The notes under the pieces were generated by a model, which worked only from the letters and a program-made list of their open reading frames with translations, had not been told where the DNA came from and made no database searches. A DNA stretch of 32,000 nucleotides from Phycisphaera mikurensis NBRC 102666 (GTDB lineage: Bacteria; Planctomycetota; Phycisphaerae; Phycisphaerales; Phycisphaeraceae), in the NCBI RefSeq assembly GCF_000284115.1, contig NC_017080.1, forward strand, positions 3,510,001-3,542,000, given 5' to 3'. Shown in pieces: positions 10,114 through 18,799 of this stretch (positions within the stretch are counted from its first letter, which is position 1; every line of letters begins with the position of its first letter). A program made the translations under genes and the position numbers.

Positions 10114-10190
10114 GCCTTCCCTCCGCCGGTGTGATCCGGATCAGGTTCCGCGGGTGCTTCTCAGCCGGAGAGGTCCGACGCCCCGAGGCA
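10114..10190 (-). promoter_or_regulatory. TPP riboswitch (THI element) upstream of thiC
   Basis: Minus strand reads GCCTCGGGGCGTCGGACCTCTCCGGCTGAGAAGCACCCGCGGAACCTGATCCGGATCACACCGGCGGAGGGAAGGC, matching the CUGAGA ... ACC..GAACCUGAUCYGGAU.AYACCRGCGNAGGGA signature. Confidence 0.96.
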
Positions 10191-10235
10191 GAAGAAAGCA
10201 TAGAGGCGGGCCCGGGCGGGTCGTACGCTGAACGC

Positions 10236-10799
10236 ATGTCCGCCCTCCCCACCCCCGGCCTGGTCTCCGTGCAGGACTACCTCGACGGCGAGCTCGCCGC
10301 GGCCGAGAAGCACGAGTACCTCGGCGGCGTCGTGCACGCGATGGCCGGCGGCACCCGCCGGCACAACGCGGTGTCGAGCAACGCCGTCATCGCATTGGGG
10401 GCTCGGCTGCGTGGCAAGCCGTGCCGGGCTTTCGCGTCGGATGCGAAGGTCAGGGTCCAGTCCCCGACCCAGATCCGCTTCTACTACCCAGACGCCACGG
10501 TGGTGTGCAACGACGCCGAGGACGGGAGCCTCTACGAAGATGAACCGGTGGTCTTGATCGAGGTGCTCTCGCCGTCCACCCGCCGGATCGACGACGGCGA
10601 GAAGCGAGACGCGTACCTCTCGATCCCGAGCCTCCGCGTCTTCCTCCGCGTCGAGCCCGACCGCCCCCTGGTCATCGTCGATCGTCGGGTGGTTCCCGGC
10701 TTCGGGTTCGCTCTGGAGTCGTACGAAGGTGAGAACGCCGTGATCCCGCTCCCGGAGATCGGCACCGAGCTGCCGCTGCGCGATCTGTACGAAGCTTGA
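10236..10799 (+). CDS. Uma2 family protein (DUF820, PD-(D/E)XK nuclease-like fold)
   Basis: 187-aa ORF: 'SVQDYLDGELAAAEKHEYLGGVVHAMAGG..RHN', 'YYPDATVVCND', 'PVVLIEVLSPSTRRIDDGEKRDAYLSIPSLR'. Confidence 0.87.
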   Translation: MSALPTPGLVSVQDYLDGELAAAEKHEYLGGVVHAMAGGTRRHNAVSSNAVIALGARLRGKPCRAFASDAKVRVQSPTQIRFYYPDATVVCNDAEDGSLYEDEPVVLIEVLSPSTRRIDDGEKRDAYLSIPSLRVFLRVEPDRPLVIVDRRVVPGFGFALESYEGENAVIPLPEIGTELPLRDLYEA

Positions 10800-10844
10800 A
10801 CCGGCCGCCGCGCCGGGCGGATCCGTTCCGATGAAGCTCCGCGC

Positions 10845-11891
10845 TCAGGCGGCATCCGCGGCGAGGGCGACCACCTCGGCCCGCTCGGCCTCGCTCAGCG
10901 GGCCTTGCTGCAGCGCGTCGCAGCAGCCGGTCACCTGGGAGGGGCGGCTGGCGCCGATCAGGGCGCTGGTGATCCGCGGGTCGCCGAGCACCCAGCACAG
11001 GGCCAGCTGGGCGAGCGTCTGGCCGCGGTCGCCGGCGTACGCGTTCAGCCGCTTGAGGTGGGCCTGCAGCTCCGGCGTCACGCGGTCGGCCTTCAGGAAG
11101 CCGGAAGCCGCGGCGGCCCGAGAGTCGGCAGGCACGCCGTCGAGGTACTTGTCGGTGAGCAGGCCCTGCGCCAGCGGGCTGAAGACGATGTTGCCCATCC
11201 CGCCGTCGGCGGCGGCATCGAGCCCGCCGCCGGAGAGCGACGGGTCGAGCAGGTGGTGCGGCACCTGGTGGAGGATCGGCTTCACCAGGCCGTCCCGCTC
11301 GCAGATCGAGAGCGCCTCCTCCACCCGCTCGCCGGGGTAGTTGGAGACCGCGGCGTGCAGCGTCTTCCCGCTCCTCACGAGGTGATCGAGCGCCCCGAGC
11401 GTCTCCTCCAGCGGCACGCTCGGGTCGTTGCGGTGGTGGTAGAAGAGGTCGAGGTGGTCGAGCCGGAGGCGGCGCAGCGAGGCTTCGCAGCTCTGGATCA
11501 GGTACTTGCGGCCGCCGCCGTCGCCGTAGGGACCGGGCTGCATCCGGTAGCCCGCCTTGCTGGAGACCACGATCTCCTCGCGGTGGTGACCGAAGTCGCT
11601 CTCGAGGATCCGGCCGCAGCGGGCCTCGGCGGCGCCCGGCGCGGGGCCGTAGTTGTTGGCGAAGTCGAAGTGGGTGACGCCGCGATCGAAGGCGGTCCGC
11701 ATCATCGCGGTCGCGTTCTCGTGCAGGTCCTGCTCGCCGAGCTTCTGCGCGTCGGTGCCGGCGTCGCCGAAGTTGTGCCACATGCCCAGCGAGACGGCGG
11801 GCAGGTCCAGGCCGCTCTTGCCGCATCGGCGGAACCAGCCCCCGGGGAGGTCGTCGTAGCGCGTGGGGGAGAAGGTGCTCATCGCGGGCAA
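10845..11891 (-). CDS. Aldo/keto reductase (YghZ/Gpr-like)
   Basis: 'DLPAVSLGMWHNFGD', 'FDRGVTHFDFANNYGPAPGAAEARCGRIL', 'FSPLAQGLLTDKYL', 'TSALIGASRPSQV'. Confidence 0.9.
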   Translation of the reverse strand: MPAMSTFSPTRYDDLPGGWFRRCGKSGLDLPAVSLGMWHNFGDAGTDAQKLGEQDLHENATAMMRTAFDRGVTHFDFANNYGPAPGAAEARCGRILESDFGHHREEIVVSSKAGYRMQPGPYGDGGGRKYLIQSCEASLRRLRLDHLDLFYHHRNDPSVPLEETLGALDHLVRSGKTLHAAVSNYPGERVEEALSICERDGLVKPILHQVPHHLLDPSLSGGGLDAAADGGMGNIVFSPLAQGLLTDKYLDGVPADSRAAAASGFLKADRVTPELQAHLKRLNAYAGDRGQTLAQLALCWVLGDPRITSALIGASRPSQVTGCCDALQQGPLSEAERAEVVALAADAA

Positions 11892-11909
11892 GCTACGCCG
11901 CCGCCGCCG

Positions 11910-12368
11910 TCATTTCCGCCACCTCTTCGCGACGCCGCCCATCTCGCAGACCGCCGCCCACTCGCCGGGCCGCACCGGCTGCACGGAGAGCCGGGTGTTG
12001 TTGACGAGCACCATCTCGCCGAGCGCCTCCTCGGCCTTCACGTCGGCCAGCGTGACGGGCGTCGGGAAGGGCGCGAGCCCGCGGAGCCGGACCATGCCGA
12101 AGCCCGCTTTGCTGCGCCCGGTGCGGTCGCTGGGGTCGGGCTCGTGCTCGCCGACCACCTCGACGATGCCGACGATCCTCTTCTCGTTCACGGAGTGGTA
12201 GAAGAAGCCGCGGTCGCCCAGCCGCATCTGCTTCATCACGCCGTCCGCCTGGAAGTTGCGGACGCCGTCCCAGGCCGTCTCCCGCTCCGGCGCCGCCATC
12301 TGGTCGTCCCACGACCAGGTGCCCGGCTCGGACTTGAAGAGGAAGAAGTGTCGCGGTCGCTTGGGCAT
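11910..12368 (-). CDS. EVE domain-containing protein
   Basis: 'FFLFKSEPGTWSWDD...TAWDGVRNFQADGVMKQMRLGDRGFFYHSVNEKRIVGIVEV', typical EVE/thymocyte nuclear protein 1-like. Confidence 0.9.
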   Translation of the reverse strand: MPKRPRHFFLFKSEPGTWSWDDQMAAPERETAWDGVRNFQADGVMKQMRLGDRGFFYHSVNEKRIVGIVEVVGEHEPDPSDRTGRSKAGFGMVRLRGLAPFPTPVTLADVKAEEALGEMVLVNNTRLSVQPVRPGEWAAVCEMGGVAKRWRK

Positions 12369-12384
12369 GCGGGGAAGCTACCGC

Positions 12385-12430
12385 CCGCGGACCGCGGCCG
12401 ATCACGCTCGACCGAGCGGACGGTCCGCGG
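12385..12430. repeat. IR28 element copy 3, intergenic EVE/pyrE
   Basis: CCGCGGACC gcggccgatcacgctcgaccgagcggac GGTCCGCGG; both arms perfect; left arm extends to CCGCGGACCGCGG. Confidence 0.95.
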
Positions 12431-12522
12431 CAACACGCACCGCCGGGGCTCTGCCTCTCCGCCTGCTTCGTGCCTTCAGGCTTCTCGTGAGGAAGCGCAG
12501 CGGCTGCCCTCGCGCTGCTCCG

Positions 12523-13053
12523 TCAGTCGATTCCCAGCTCCGTCTTCGTCAGCACCGACGCGAAGGCGAAGCCGGCCTCTTCGACGGCCTCGCGGCCGCC
12601 CTCCTCGCGGTCGATGGCGACGACGACCCGGACGACCTCGCACCCGCAGTCGTCGCGGAGCAGCCGGGCCGCCTCGATCGCCTGGCCGCCCGACGTCGCG
12701 ATGTCTTCTGTCACGACCACGCGGTCGCCCCGCTCCAGCGTCCCCTCGAAGCGCTTCGCGGTCCCGTAGTCCTTCTTCGCGTTGCGGACGAAGACGGTGG
12801 GCTTGCCGGTGAGCAGGCCGACGGCGGTGGCGATCGGCACGCCGCCGAGCTCGGGGCCGGCGAGGCGGTCGTAGCCGCTCGCGTCGCCGGCGAGCGCGGC
12901 GACGCGCACGGCCAGCTCGCGCAGGACCTCCGGGCGGGTGACGAAGCCGTACTTGTCGAGGTAGTACGAGCTCTTGCGGCCCGAGCGGAGCGTGAAGTCG
13001 CCCCGGAGAAGAGCGCTTTCGGAGACGGCCCGGAGGAAGTCGGCGTCGGTCAT
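12523..13053 (-). CDS. pyrE: Orotate phosphoribosyltransferase
   Basis: 176 aa from ATG 13053: 'FTLRSGRKSSYYLDKYGFVTRPEVL', PRPP motif 'RVVVTEDIATSGGQAIEAARLLR'. Confidence 0.9.
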   Translation of the reverse strand: MTDADFLRAVSESALLRGDFTLRSGRKSSYYLDKYGFVTRPEVLRELAVRVAALAGDASGYDRLAGPELGGVPIATAVGLLTGKPTVFVRNAKKDYGTAKRFEGTLERGDRVVVTEDIATSGGQAIEAARLLRDDCGCEVVRVVVAIDREEGGREAVEEAGFAFASVLTKTELGID

Positions 13054-13092
13054 GGGGGGAACGTAAGGCGGGGGCGAGGGAGGGAAGAAGCG

Positions 13093-13148
13093 AAGAAGTG
13101 AGGAAGTGAGGAAGTGAGGAAGTGGGGAAGTGGGGAAGTGGGGAAGTG
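13093..13148. repeat. 8-bp short tandem repeat, about 7 units of (A/G)GGAAGTG
   Basis: aagaagtg-aggaagtg x3-gggaagtg x3 read directly. Lies 40-95 bp on the 5' side of pyrE. Confidence 0.95.
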
Positions 13149-13285
13149 GGGACGCGAGGGGGTGGGGGCGGCGGCTGTGCCGGCCGGTTGGGGTGGGATT
13201 TGGTTTGGGCTGGAGTTCGCTCTTGTCTTTGGGTTGCGCTTGCCTGCTGAGCGGCGGGGGCGCTGGCGGGGCGTAGCCTCGCCGC

Positions 13286-14119
13286 GTGGCCGCCCGCTCG
13301 CTCTCCAACGCCGTGCTCGTGCTGACAGGCGCCTCCTCGGGGATCGGGGCGGCGGTGGCCGAGGCGGCGGGCGCGGCGGGGATGCGGGCGGTGCTCAACG
13401 GGCGTCGGGCGGAGAAGCTCCAGGCGGTGGCGGAGCGGGTGCGGGCGGCGGGCGGGGAAGCGCTTGCGGTGCCCGGCGACGTCACCCGCGAGGCGGACGT
13501 GGAGGAGCTGTTCGCCGCGGCGGCGGAGGCCTTCGGGGGCGTGGACGCGGTGCTGGCCAACGCGGGCTACGGGCTGGAGAAACGCTTCGACGCGACCTCG
13601 ATGCGCGAGCACCGGGCGATCTTCGAGACCAACCACTTCGGCACGCTCCTGACGCTGCGCGCGGGGCTGGCGGCGGTGCGGGCGGAGCCCGGAGGCCTCC
13701 GGCACCTCCTGGTCACCAGCTCGTGCGTGTCGGAGCTGGGCCCGCCGCGTTTCGGGGCCTACGCCGCGACGAAGGCGGCCCAGGACGCGGTCGCTCAAGC
13801 GCTGCGGGCGGAGGTCGCGGCGGAGGGGATCCGCGTGACGACGATCCACCCGGTCGGCACGAGAACCGAATTCTTCGACACCGCCGCCGCGAACAGCGGG
13901 ACCGACCGCAGCCTCGCCGACACGAACACGCCGGACCTCTTCACGCAGACCGCCGGGCACGTCGCCCGCCGGGTGATCGCGGCGCTCAAGCGACCGGTCG
14001 CCGAGGTGTGGCCGTCCCGGCCGGCCCGCTTCGCCTTCGCCGCGGCGACGGCCTTCCCGGGCCTCACCGCGTGGGGCCTGGCCCGGGCCGCGGCCCGGAT
14101 GGAGAAGCAGGGCCGGTGA
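13286..14119 (+). CDS. Short-chain dehydrogenase/reductase (SDR)
   Basis: 'VLVLTGASSGIGAAVAEAAG' cofactor site, 'LANAGYG', 'VTSSC...YAATKAAQDAVAQALRAE'. Confidence 0.92.
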   Translation: MAARSLSNAVLVLTGASSGIGAAVAEAAGAAGMRAVLNGRRAEKLQAVAERVRAAGGEALAVPGDVTREADVEELFAAAAEAFGGVDAVLANAGYGLEKRFDATSMREHRAIFETNHFGTLLTLRAGLAAVRAEPGGLRHLLVTSSCVSELGPPRFGAYAATKAAQDAVAQALRAEVAAEGIRVTTIHPVGTRTEFFDTAAANSGTDRSLADTNTPDLFTQTAGHVARRVIAALKRPVAEVWPSRPARFAFAAATAFPGLTAWGLARAAARMEKQGR

Positions 14120-14424
14120 GCGACGCGCAGGTCGAGCTGGGCGAGGAGACCGAGGGCCCGAGCGGCTGGTCGTGGCCGGCCCGCGTGTTCGCCCGCGGAC
14201 GCCTGCGCGAACTCGACGTGAGGCTGTCGTTCCAGGATTACGACCTCTGGTGCCGCGGCCGCGTCCCCCCCGCGCGCGTCGCGGCGGCCTGCGTGGCGTG
14301 GCTCTGCGGCGTGGAGGACCCGGCCACCCTCGCGGACCCCTTCGACTGCGCCCGGGCGCGGCGGTCGCACCCCGCGATCGACGCGGAGCTCCCGGAGCGG
14401 CTGGGGATCCGGATGAGCGGGTGA
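14116..14424 (+). CDS. Hypothetical protein, translationally coupled to the SDR gene
   Basis: 102-aa ORF from GTG 14116 overlapping the SDR stop by 4 nt (GTGA). No recognisable domain. Confidence 0.6.
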   Translation: MSDAQVELGEETEGPSGWSWPARVFARGRLRELDVRLSFQDYDLWCRGRVPPARVAAACVAWLCGVEDPATLADPFDCARARRSHPAIDAELPERLGIRMSG

Positions 14425-14474
14425 AGACCTCCGCGTCGCCGGGCCGGCTCCGCTCCACGTCGCGACCGCGAGCC

Positions 14475-16358
14475 TCAGCCCAGCGACCGCAGCGCCGCCT
14501 TGCAGGCCTGCCCCAGCGGGACCGCCTCGCCGCGGGGGCCTAGGGAGCCGTCCCGCGCCACCAGCTCCACCGTCGGCGTGTCGGCGGAGAGGCCCTTGTC
14601 GCCGACGACGATCCGCAGCGGGAAGCCGATCAGGTCGGCGTCCTTGAACTTGGGCCCCGGCCGCCCGTCGCGGTCGTCGATGAGCACGTCGTGCCCGGCC
14701 TCCTCCAGGCTGGCCGCCAGGTTCCGGCAGACGTCGGCGACCTGGCTGTCGGGCTCCCACGCGATCGGCGTGATGACGACCGCGTAGGGCGCGAGCGCGA
14801 CGGGCCAGATGATGCCGTCGGCGTCGTGGCCGCTCTTCTTCTCCGCGGTCGAGCGGCCGGTGCTCTCGATGGCCGAGGCGAGCACGCGGTTGACGCCGAT
14901 GCCGTAGCAGCCCATGAGCGGTGTGACGGCCGCGCCGTCGGCCCCGGCCACGGCGATGCCCAGGGCCCGCGTGTACTTGGCCCCCAGCTTGAACACCTGG
15001 CCGACCTCGATGCCGCGCGAGGCCACGAGCGTGGGCCCGCCGTCGCCGGCGACCGCCCCGGGGGCGGGGTCGCCCGCGAGCGCGTTGCGGAGGTCCAGGA
15101 CGGCGAAGCGGTCGGCGGGGAGGTGGTCGGTGAGGTCGCGGCCCCAGTGGAAGTGCTTGGCGTGGGCGTCGGGCCGGTTGGCGCCGACGACCCAGAAGCC
15201 GCCGTGCGCCGCGTCGAAGTCGACGGCGACGGCGGTGTCGCCGCGGCCGGCCGCGGCGTGCGGGCCCACCGAGCCCAGCGGGAAGCCCGCGGCTTGGGCC
15301 TCCTCCTCGGGGGCGAGGCGCGCGAGCGCACCCGGGCCGTGGAAGCGCTCGGCGGCGGCCTTGAGCTTCTCGTCGTTGAGCTGGTGGTCGCCGCGGACCG
15401 CGACCAAAAGGAAGCGCAAACCGCCGCGGTCCGCGGAATCGGGCGGCTCGGCGTCCTCGGGCGGCTCCATCATGCAGACGAGCGTCTTGAGCGTGTTCTT
15501 CGCGGCGAGCTTCGAGCCCAGCTCCTTCTTGAAGAAGGCGGTGACCTCCTCGATGGAGCCCACGCCGGGCGTCTCCACCTCCTCCAGGCCGCCCGTCGGC
15601 TCCTGGGTGAGGTCGCTGGGCCGCTCGCCGGTCGCGGCCTTCTCCTCGTTGGCGGCGTACGCCCCGTCGGTGGAGCGGAAGACGGTGTCCTCGCCGGTCG
15701 GCGTGAGCACGGTGAACTGGTGGCTGGCCCGGCCGCCCATCTCGCCGGTCTCGGCCTCGACGACGGCGTAGTCGAGCCCGCACCGCTCGAAGATCCGCTC
15801 GTAGGCGGCGTACTGCGCCCGGTAGGTCTCGTCGAGCCCGCCCTCGCCGTCGGCGGTGGCGTGGAAGCTGTAGCCGTCCTTCATCAGGAACTCCCGCGAC
15901 CGCAGCACCCCGAAGCGCGGCCGGAACTCGTCGCGGAACTTGGTCTGGATCTGGTAGACGTTGCGGGGCAGGTCCTTGTAGGAGGACAGGGTCGCGCCCA
16001 CGAGGTCGGCCACGGCCTCCTCGGCGGTCGGCGCGAGCGCCGCCTCGCGGCCGTGGCGGTCGTTGACCACGAAGAGGTTCGCGCCGTACGCCGCGCGGCG
16101 GCCGGTGCGCTCCCACAGCGAGATCGGCTGCAGGCACGGCAGGCTGACTTCGACGGCTCCGGCGGCGTGCTGCTCCTCGCGGATGATCCGCTCCACCTTC
16201 CGCAGGCTCCGCAGCCCCAGCGGCAGGTAGCCGTACGAGCCCGAGCCGAGCCGGCGGACCAGCCCGGCCCGCAGCATCAGCCGGTGCGAGGGCACCTCGG
16301 CGTCGGCGGGGGCTTCGCGGAGGGTGGGGGCGAGGGTTCTCGACCAGAAGTCAGGCAT
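14475..16358 (-). CDS. proS: Prolyl-tRNA synthetase
   Basis: 627 aa from ATG 16358: 'LMLRAGLVRRLGSGSYGYLPLGLRSLRKVERIIREE', 'LAPTAEEAV', 'KFRDEFRPRFGVLRSREFLMKDGYSF', 'VRGDHQLNDEK', 'CYGIGVNRVL'. Confidence 0.96.
   Translation of the reverse strand: MPDFWSRTLAPTLREAPADAEVPSHRLMLRAGLVRRLGSGSYGYLPLGLRSLRKVERIIREEQHAAGAVEVSLPCLQPISLWERTGRRAAYGANLFVVNDRHGREAALAPTAEEAVADLVGATLSSYKDLPRNVYQIQTKFRDEFRPRFGVLRSREFLMKDGYSFHATADGEGGLDETYRAQYAAYERIFERCGLDYAVVEAETGEMGGRASHQFTVLTPTGEDTVFRSTDGAYAANEEKAATGERPSDLTQEPTGGLEEVETPGVGSIEEVTAFFKKELGSKLAAKNTLKTLVCMMEPPEDAEPPDSADRGGLRFLLVAVRGDHQLNDEKLKAAAERFHGPGALARLAPEEEAQAAGFPLGSVGPHAAAGRGDTAVAVDFDAAHGGFWVVGANRPDAHAKHFHWGRDLTDHLPADRFAVLDLRNALAGDPAPGAVAGDGGPTLVASRGIEVGQVFKLGAKYTRALGIAVAGADGAAVTPLMGCYGIGVNRVLASAIESTGRSTAEKKSGHDADGIIWPVALAPYAVVITPIAWEPDSQVADVCRNLAASLEEAGHDVLIDDRDGRPGPKFKDADLIGFPLRIVVGDKGLSADTPTVELVARDGSLGPRGEAVPLGQACKAALRSLG
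15391..15436. repeat. IR28 element copy 4, inside proS
   Basis: CCGCGGACC gcgaccaaaaggaagcgcaaaccgccgc GGTCCGCGG; both arms perfect; right arm extends to CCGCGGTCCGCGG. Confidence 0.95.
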
Positions 16359-16426
16359 GCGCGAGAGCGTACGGACAGGGCGGGGGGCCCCGAAGCTTCG
16401 CCGTGTAGGATCGCCGGGGAACCCGC

Positions 16427-16675
16427 ATGCCGAGCCGAACCCGATCCTCCGCCGCCGCGCCCAGTGTGGTCGCGGCCGCGTGCTTGGGAGCGGCGGCCGC
16501 GGCGATCGCGGCGGTTGCGGGTTGCGCCCCGTCCCCCGTTTCGACCGAGACGCCGCGCTCGCCCTACGAGCGGTACGACGACCTGCGGGGCCGGGAGGTG
16601 CCGCGGACCACCGTGGATTCCTTCGGGCGCGAGCGGCTGAACCTGGAGGGTCGGCTGGCCCAGCCGGACCCCTGA
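16427..16675 (+). CDS. Small predicted lipoprotein
   Basis: 82-aa ORF with hydrophobic signal and lipobox-like 'AIAAVAGC'. Short, no known domain. Confidence 0.5.
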   Translation: MPSRTRSSAAAPSVVAAACLGAAAAAIAAVAGCAPSPVSTETPRSPYERYDDLRGREVPRTTVDSFGRERLNLEGRLAQPDP

Positions 16676-16802
16676 TTCCGAACGGAGACCTCACAAGAAC
16701 GGCCATTACAGCGCTTTGTAGGGTCTGTGACGACGCACACCCGATGGCAGGACGCCACCGATGGACGGGTGGCCCCCGAGACACCGACGCAAGGATCCGC
16801 CC

Positions 16803-17423
16803 GTGGGCATCGAACGCCGCTCCCTCACCATCATCCTCTCCTTCGCCTTCGGGCTGAGCACGCTCTACGGCGTCCTGCGGGTGCTCGAGCCGGGTCAGCG
16901 GGCGCCGCTGGGCGGCAGCACGCTGCTGAGCCTGGATCCCGAGGCGGTGCACTCCCCCCTCGAGCAGCTCTTCAGCACCGAGGCGGAGGCGAGGCCGTGG
17001 CAGGTGATCGTCGTTCACGACAGCGGCTCGGCGGCCGGCTCCTACGACGAGCTGGACCGGCGGCACGCCAGCCTCGGCCGCGAGGGCTGCGGCTACCACT
17101 TCGTGGTCAACAACGGCAACGGCGAAGCCGACGGCCGGATCCAGGTGGGCTACCGGTGGCGGATCCAGAAGGAGGGCGACTTCCTCGATGGCGAGGCGGG
17201 GCGTGACTTCAGCCGCCGCTTCGAGACGATCGGCATCTGCCTCATCGGCAACGCGGACGACGCGCCACCCACCGCCGCCCAGCAGCGGGAGCTGGCTTGG
17301 CTGATCGGGAAGCTCCAGGCGCGCTTCGACATCCCCACCGAGCGGGTCTTCCTCCAGGCCGGTTCGCCGGACGTGGCGGGCCACTTCCCGCACGCGGCGT
17401 TCCGCGAGCGGCTCCAGGGCTGA
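16803..17423 (+). CDS. Peptidoglycan recognition / N-acetylmuramoyl-L-alanine amidase-like protein
   Basis: N-terminal TM segment 'LTIILSFAFGLSTLYGVLRVLE'; 'WQVIVVHDSGSAAGSYDELDRRHASLGREGCGYHFVVNNGNGEADGRIQVGYRW..QKEG', 'IGICLIGN'. Confidence 0.72.
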   Translation: MGIERRSLTIILSFAFGLSTLYGVLRVLEPGQRAPLGGSTLLSLDPEAVHSPLEQLFSTEAEARPWQVIVVHDSGSAAGSYDELDRRHASLGREGCGYHFVVNNGNGEADGRIQVGYRWRIQKEGDFLDGEAGRDFSRRFETIGICLIGNADDAPPTAAQQRELAWLIGKLQARFDIPTERVFLQAGSPDVAGHFPHAAFRERLQG

Positions 17424-17471
17424 GCCCCGCGGAGCCGGCCGCCGCCGCATAAGCAAGAGCAAGAGCAAGAG

Positions 17472-17517
17472 CCGCGGACCGGGGTCCCGCGCGTTCCTGG
17501 TCCGGCACGGTCCGCGG
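17472..17517. repeat. IR28 element copy 5, intergenic amidase-like/kinase
   Basis: CCGCGGACC ggggtcccgcgcgttcctggtccggcac GGTCCGCGG; both arms perfect. Confidence 0.95.
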
Positions 17518-17869
17518 AGAGCGTTCCCGCTCGCGCGGCGGGTGGAGGCGGCGAGCCGGGTTTCAGCGTCGCGGCACCGCGAGCGCGCGGCGTCACGAGC
17601 GGTGGTGGGGCAAATCTGATGGCGTGGCTGAGCTTTGCGCTTGGCAGCCGCTGCGGAATGGTTACAGTGACCGCATCCATTGCCCGATGGTTTTCGGGCA
17701 CCCTTTGTGCCGCATCCCGACCTGGAAACCACTGCTTCGGCATGACGGATGTCCCGTGGTTTCGACAAAGGGCACGGCGACGTGCTGGAAGCGGGTGTAC
17801 GCACCCCGCCCCCTTCCGATCCGCCCCACCCGGTGGACCCGACGGAACCCCGGGACCTGAGCAGCGCCG

Positions 17870-18799
17870 ATGTCGAAGTTTCACCAGATCGCCGGGTACG
17901 ACGTCGTCGAGACGCTGGGCACCGGTGCCGGCAGCACGCTCTACGCCGTGCGGAACAAGAAGGGCGAGAAGTACTGCCTCAAGCGGGTGGTCAAGAAGAG
18001 CGAGCAGGACCAGCGCTTCATCGATCAGGCGCTGGCGGAGCACAAGATCGCCCACCAGTTCAAGCACCCGCGGCTCCGACGGAGCCTGAAGGTGCACAAG
18101 ATCCGCGAGCTGATCCGCGTGAGCGAGGTCGCGGTGATCATGGAGATGGTCGACGGCTGGACGCTGGAGGAGAAGCGCCCCGACGACGTCCTGCTGCTCT
18201 GCCGGGTCTTCCACGAGATCGCCGAGGCGCTCCTGGAGATGCACCGGCTCGGCTTTGCGCACGCCGACATCAAGCCCAACAACATCATGCTCACGGCCTC
18301 CGAGTCCGGAGACGGCTTCGTGGTGAAGATCATCGACTTCGGCCAGAGCTGCCCGCTGGGCACGATCAAGGAGCGGATCCAGGGGACGCCCGACTACATC
18401 GCTCCCGAGCAGGTCAAGCGCCGCGCCATCAACGAGCAGACCGACGTGTTCTGCCTCGGCGCGACGATGTACTGGCTGCTCACCGGCGTGAACGTGCCCA
18501 CGATGATGCCCAAGCGCAACCGCGACGCGGTGGCCATCAAGACCGAGGAGGCGAAGAAGTTCGAGCCTCCCGCGAAGCTCAACCCCAGCGTGAGCCCCGC
18601 CTTGTCGTCGCTGGTGATGGACTGCGTCGAGCGGCGGCCCGAAGACCGCCCCGCCGGGATGCCGGCCGTGATCAGCCGCCTCGACCTCGCGGTGCAGCAG
18701 ATCGAGCGTGCCCGCTCCAAGGGAGCGTCCGCCGCCCCGCTGCCCTCGCTGGAGAGCGGGCGGAAGCCCGGCTCGACGGAGTCCCTCGCGGGACGCTGA
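17870..18799 (+). CDS. Serine/threonine protein kinase
   Basis: 'YDVVETLGTGAGSTLYAVRNKKGEKYCLKRV', 'HRLGFAHADIKPNNIMLT', 'IIDFGQSC', 'GTPDYIAPEQV'. Confidence 0.93.
   Translation: MSKFHQIAGYDVVETLGTGAGSTLYAVRNKKGEKYCLKRVVKKSEQDQRFIDQALAEHKIAHQFKHPRLRRSLKVHKIRELIRVSEVAVIMEMVDGWTLEEKRPDDVLLLCRVFHEIAEALLEMHRLGFAHADIKPNNIMLTASESGDGFVVKIIDFGQSCPLGTIKERIQGTPDYIAPEQVKRRAINEQTDVFCLGATMYWLLTGVNVPTMMPKRNRDAVAIKTEEAKKFEPPAKLNPSVSPALSSLVMDCVERRPEDRPAGMPAVISRLDLAVQQIERARSKGASAAPLPSLESGRKPGSTESLAGR

Noticed and set aside
6846-10799. Very long ORF (1317 aa) and other giant overlapping ORFs such as 27310..29328 and 29091..31721
   Set aside because: Low-complexity R/A/G/P/H-rich translations antisense to well-recognised genes, a standard artefact of very high GC. 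Only the C-terminal 187 aa of 6846..10799 (Uma2) is real.
10236-12368. Uma2 plus EVE-domain proteins as a defence island
   Set aside because: They are on opposite strands, separated by an aldo/keto reductase, with no restriction, nuclease/helicase or toxin partners; both families are common singletons.
12431-12520. Intergenic stretch 'ctctccgcctgcttcgtgccttcaggcttctcgtgaggaagcgcagc' looking like a possible repeat or gene remnant
   Set aside because: No second copy found in the window and no coding similarity recognised; insufficient evidence.
16601-16609. Additional CCGCGGACC in the small lipoprotein gene
   Set aside because: The partner position 28 nt downstream (16638-16646, TGAACCTGG) does not match GGTCCGCGG; a solitary 9-mer is expected by chance about once in this window.
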